Below are positions 60,601-64,000 of a stretch of DNA of 64,000 nucleotides, piece after piece. Each line of letters starts with the position of its first letter. Positions within the stretch are counted from its first letter, which is position 1. Origin of the DNA: Eledone cirrhosa (taxonomy: Eukaryota); the NCBI GenBank assembly GCA_964016885.1, contig OZ024740.1, positions 363,258,001-363,322,000 on the forward strand, given 5' to 3'. The notes beneath the pieces are model-generated. The model saw nothing but the letters and a program-made list of their open reading frames with translations. It made no database searches and was not told the origin of the DNA. The translations under genes and the position numbers were made by a program.

Positions 60601-60765
60601 TTACTTGTTCTTCGGCTGCAATGTCATGCCCTTCAAAGTGAGAGCTAATGTACCGGTGGTTGGTCCAAGATACACTACTTTGGTTACCTATATCATACCC
60701 AGTTTCTGACAACAAACATCTATGATTTCTGTTGTGTGCATGTATGTATGTATAGATGTATGTAC

Positions 60766-60825
<60 letters not shown>

Positions 60826-60849
60826 GTGTGTGTGTGTGTGTATATATAT

Positions 60850-61101
60850 AACGAAGGAATTGTGGTAAGGAACCAGATGGACCATAACGCACCAGAGTAC
60901 TCAATACTTAGGGTAGTAGAGTGGGTAATAGGAAAAAGTATTACCCCGACGGCAGAGCTCAAGCCGTTTCGACGGGTATTTGTGGACTAGGGGTACTTCC
61001 TTATAAGGAAGTATCCCTTGAAAAGTTCGGATGAATTCTAATTTAGTCCAGAAATACCCGTCGAAACGGCTTGAGCTCTGCCGTCAGGGTCATACTTTTT
61101 C
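60850..61101. mobile_element. Palindromic pair of family C pseudo-LTR fragments with decayed HHRs
   Basis: Centre TTATAA at 61001-61006; right arm ATCCC-TTGAAAA...GAAAC-GGC-TTGAGCTCT-GCC-GTC-AGGGT (61013-61090); left arm has the core deleted. Confidence 0.8.
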
Positions 61102-61317
61102 ATATATATATATATGTGTGTATGTATGTATGTATGTATGTATGTATACACACGATTGTAAAACTACAACCAACGATTTCCTGAGCTAACTAAGTCTGAC
61201 GATATGAATAATAACGATCTGTTGCAGTTCTGCATTCGATCCCGGTGTAATATCGTGTGTACGAATTATAGTAGATAAATATAAATTTTACTTATATATA
61301 GAGAGAGAGTGTTCGTG

Positions 61318-61379
61318 CTAGAAAGATCTTCTTCAGTTCAAACTCACAATCAGCACCTTTTACACACACACACACACAG

Positions 61380-61426
<47 letters not shown>

Positions 61427-61488
61427 CTAGAAAGATCTTCTTCAGTTCAAACTCACAATCAGCACCTTTTACACACACACACACACAG

Positions 61489-61500
<12 letters not shown>
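61318..61500. repeat. Direct tandem duplication of ~110 bp
   Basis: CTAGAAAGATCTTCTTCAGTTCAAACTCACAATCAGCACCTTTTA(CA)nGATAC(AT)n at 61318 and 61427. Confidence 0.9.
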
Positions 61501-61569
<69 letters not shown>

Positions 61570-61742
61570 GAGAAAGAATATAGTAGTGACCAGATCTCGT
61601 TAGGGGAAATCGAAGACTGACAACATGAATTGTTTTTTTGACTCGACAAGAGAATCGTTTATCATAGTGTTTCCGTGGTGGTTAACCGTGGGTACAATGA
61701 AGATAAATCCAGGAGTGTTTATGTATTATATAATAAGTAACA

Positions 61743-62168
<426 letters not shown>

Positions 62169-62212
62169 AAATAAAGATCCGAAGGCATGGTATAAATTTC
62201 CAATCATTTTAA

Positions 62213-62286
62213 TCACGACACATGTTTTAATAAGAGATAGATCGATCGTGCGGCCATGATCGATTATCACTGATCTCCTCAGGTGA
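62213..62286 (-). ncRNA. Hammerhead motif with G12A core mutation (probably inactive)
   Basis: TCAC-CTGAGGA-GATCAGTGATA...TATCTCTTATT-AAAAC-ATGT-GTC-GTGA. Confidence 0.6.
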
Positions 62287-63552
62287 AAATGAATTGTCTT
62301 CAAATCCTTGATATGAGGGAGAAAAATTCAACGATGCTCACTCACTAGAGTTCCCCCCCCCCCTCCTCCGCTATGAAGATTAAGTAGTAAAACACGCCGA
62401 CTGCTATCGTCCTCAGTTAGGGTAATAAAACTATCAAGTCTCTATCTCTCAATAGCTGTAAAAGACGCTGGACGGGTCTAATCTCAACATCAAATCTTTA
62501 GAATTACAGTCGGTCACAGTTAGTGTGAGTGAGTACACACACACTCACACATCATATATATATATACCAACATAGTATGACTGGTCACGGTCCTATCAAT
62601 TGAACACTACACTAGGTTTTGATCCGTGATCATCTAACCATGGAGTGCTCACAGTTACTGGTTGGACAATATTACTTACACACCATTAATGGGTTTACAC
62701 ACATCCTCGGGATTTTGCTATTCTTTTTTATTTTATTTTATTTTATTTTATTTTATTTCTGTGTTGGGTAACACACCTCCACCCCTCAAACACCTATCTT
62801 AAAAGCCCAAGGGCCCATATGACGGGAAATCGCACATACTGACACCTTAACTCAAATACCCAACCCTACACAGAGCCCCTTGGTGGCCTACATGGCGGTT
62901 GCTTGCACGCACAGATTTGGGGACTCAGATTCTCAATGGGACAACAGCACATACAGAGTTCGATATGAGCTGACTACTTGCTCTTCACATGGATGTGTAT
63001 ATACCAAAACATACACTTTTTTAGACGATGCGGATGTGTATATACCAAAACATACACTATATAGAAGATAAGGATGTTACAATTCAATCGATACACGTAT
63101 AGCAGAACATTGAACTGAATTTACTTGCGTGTGTATAAGGTTGCGGTTGACCCAATTTCTCCAATTTACATCGTCAAATTGAGATTTGACCAATATAACA
63201 TTTGTTGTTTTGTAAACTAACTTTCGGTGAATATTATGTTGGTATATATTTATATATATATATATTTTCTTCGACCTCGCGTCGGTGTGTGTGAGTGTGT
63301 GTGTACTCACTCACACTAACTGTGACCGACTGTAATTCTAAAGATTTGATGTTGAGATTAGACCCATCCAGCGTCTCTTTTACAGCTATTGAGAGATAGA
63401 GACTTGATAGTTTTATTACTCTAACTGAGGACGATAGCAGTCGGCGTGTTTTGGCTGCTTAATCTTCATGAGGGGGGGGGGGGACAAAACTCTAGTGAGT
63501 GAACATCGTTAAATTTTCTCCCTCATATCAAAGATTTGAAGACAATTCATTT

Positions 63553-63626
63553 TCACCTGACGAGGTCAGTGATAATCGATCATGGCCGCACGATCGATCT
63601 ATCTCTTATTGAAACATGTGTCGTGA
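63553..63626 (+). ncRNA. Type I hammerhead motif with 47-nt stem II
   Basis: TCAC-CTGACGA-GGTCAGTGATA-ATCGATC..GATCGAT-CTATCTCTTATT-GAAAC-ATGT-GTC-GTGA; predicted cut after 63622. Confidence 0.75.
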
Positions 63627-63801
63627 TTAAAATGATTGGAATTTTATACCATGCCTTCGGATCTTTATTTTGATATAAATACTCCGTTTTACCTCATCTA
63701 GCTGTTCCCATAAATGGAATTGGAGATATACAAAAGCGTGGAGAACTTAATATTATTAACAAAACTTTATTGGACCGTTTGACACAACCAATAATACACC
63801 T

Positions 63802-63863
<62 letters not shown>

Positions 63864-64000
63864 GGGGGGGAGTATGTGTCTGGGTGTATATATGTATGTA
63901 TATATATTATCGAAATGCTGAATGTTTGAGAGTTGAAAATGTGATCTTCCCATACGCAGAACATAATGGTTATAACAGTAGATCAATATAGATAATAGTT

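Noticed and set aside
63425-63450. CTGAGGA followed by a small hairpin (also CTGAAGA on the minus strand near 61330 and 61440)
   Set aside because: No GAAA, stem III or stem I

Overview
A eukaryotic, very AT- and microsatellite-rich window, probably intergenic or intronic; I could not support any host exon. The SINE, LINE and (TA)n make-up suggests a coleoid cephalopod, which is an inference only. The window is a nest of transposable elements: Penelope-like elements (PLEs; RT plus C-terminal GIY-YIG) of several families, an RTE-like LINE with an internal inversion, R4/Dong-like and Tx1-like LINEs, a Helitron, a Chapaev3-like fragment, MITEs and tRNA-SINEs. Most short ORFs in the track are translated microsatellites. 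Three main observations. (1) By-eye folding gives about 15 type I hammerhead ribozyme (HHR) motifs from about 8 families at PLE 3' ends; these include U3-A8 and U4C core variants, an extra nucleotide after A9, palindromic stem III, and stem II arms of 45-116 nt that short-stem descriptors would miss. (2) A near-perfect 12.1-kb palindrome (27191-39279) is made of two head-to-head PLE 3' halves joined at a native 6-bp micro-inverted repeat, with an HHR near each outer end. (3) The same fold-back architecture recurs from about 0.2 to 12 kb. Folds, clade names and mechanisms were assigned by eye and need computational and experimental confirmation.
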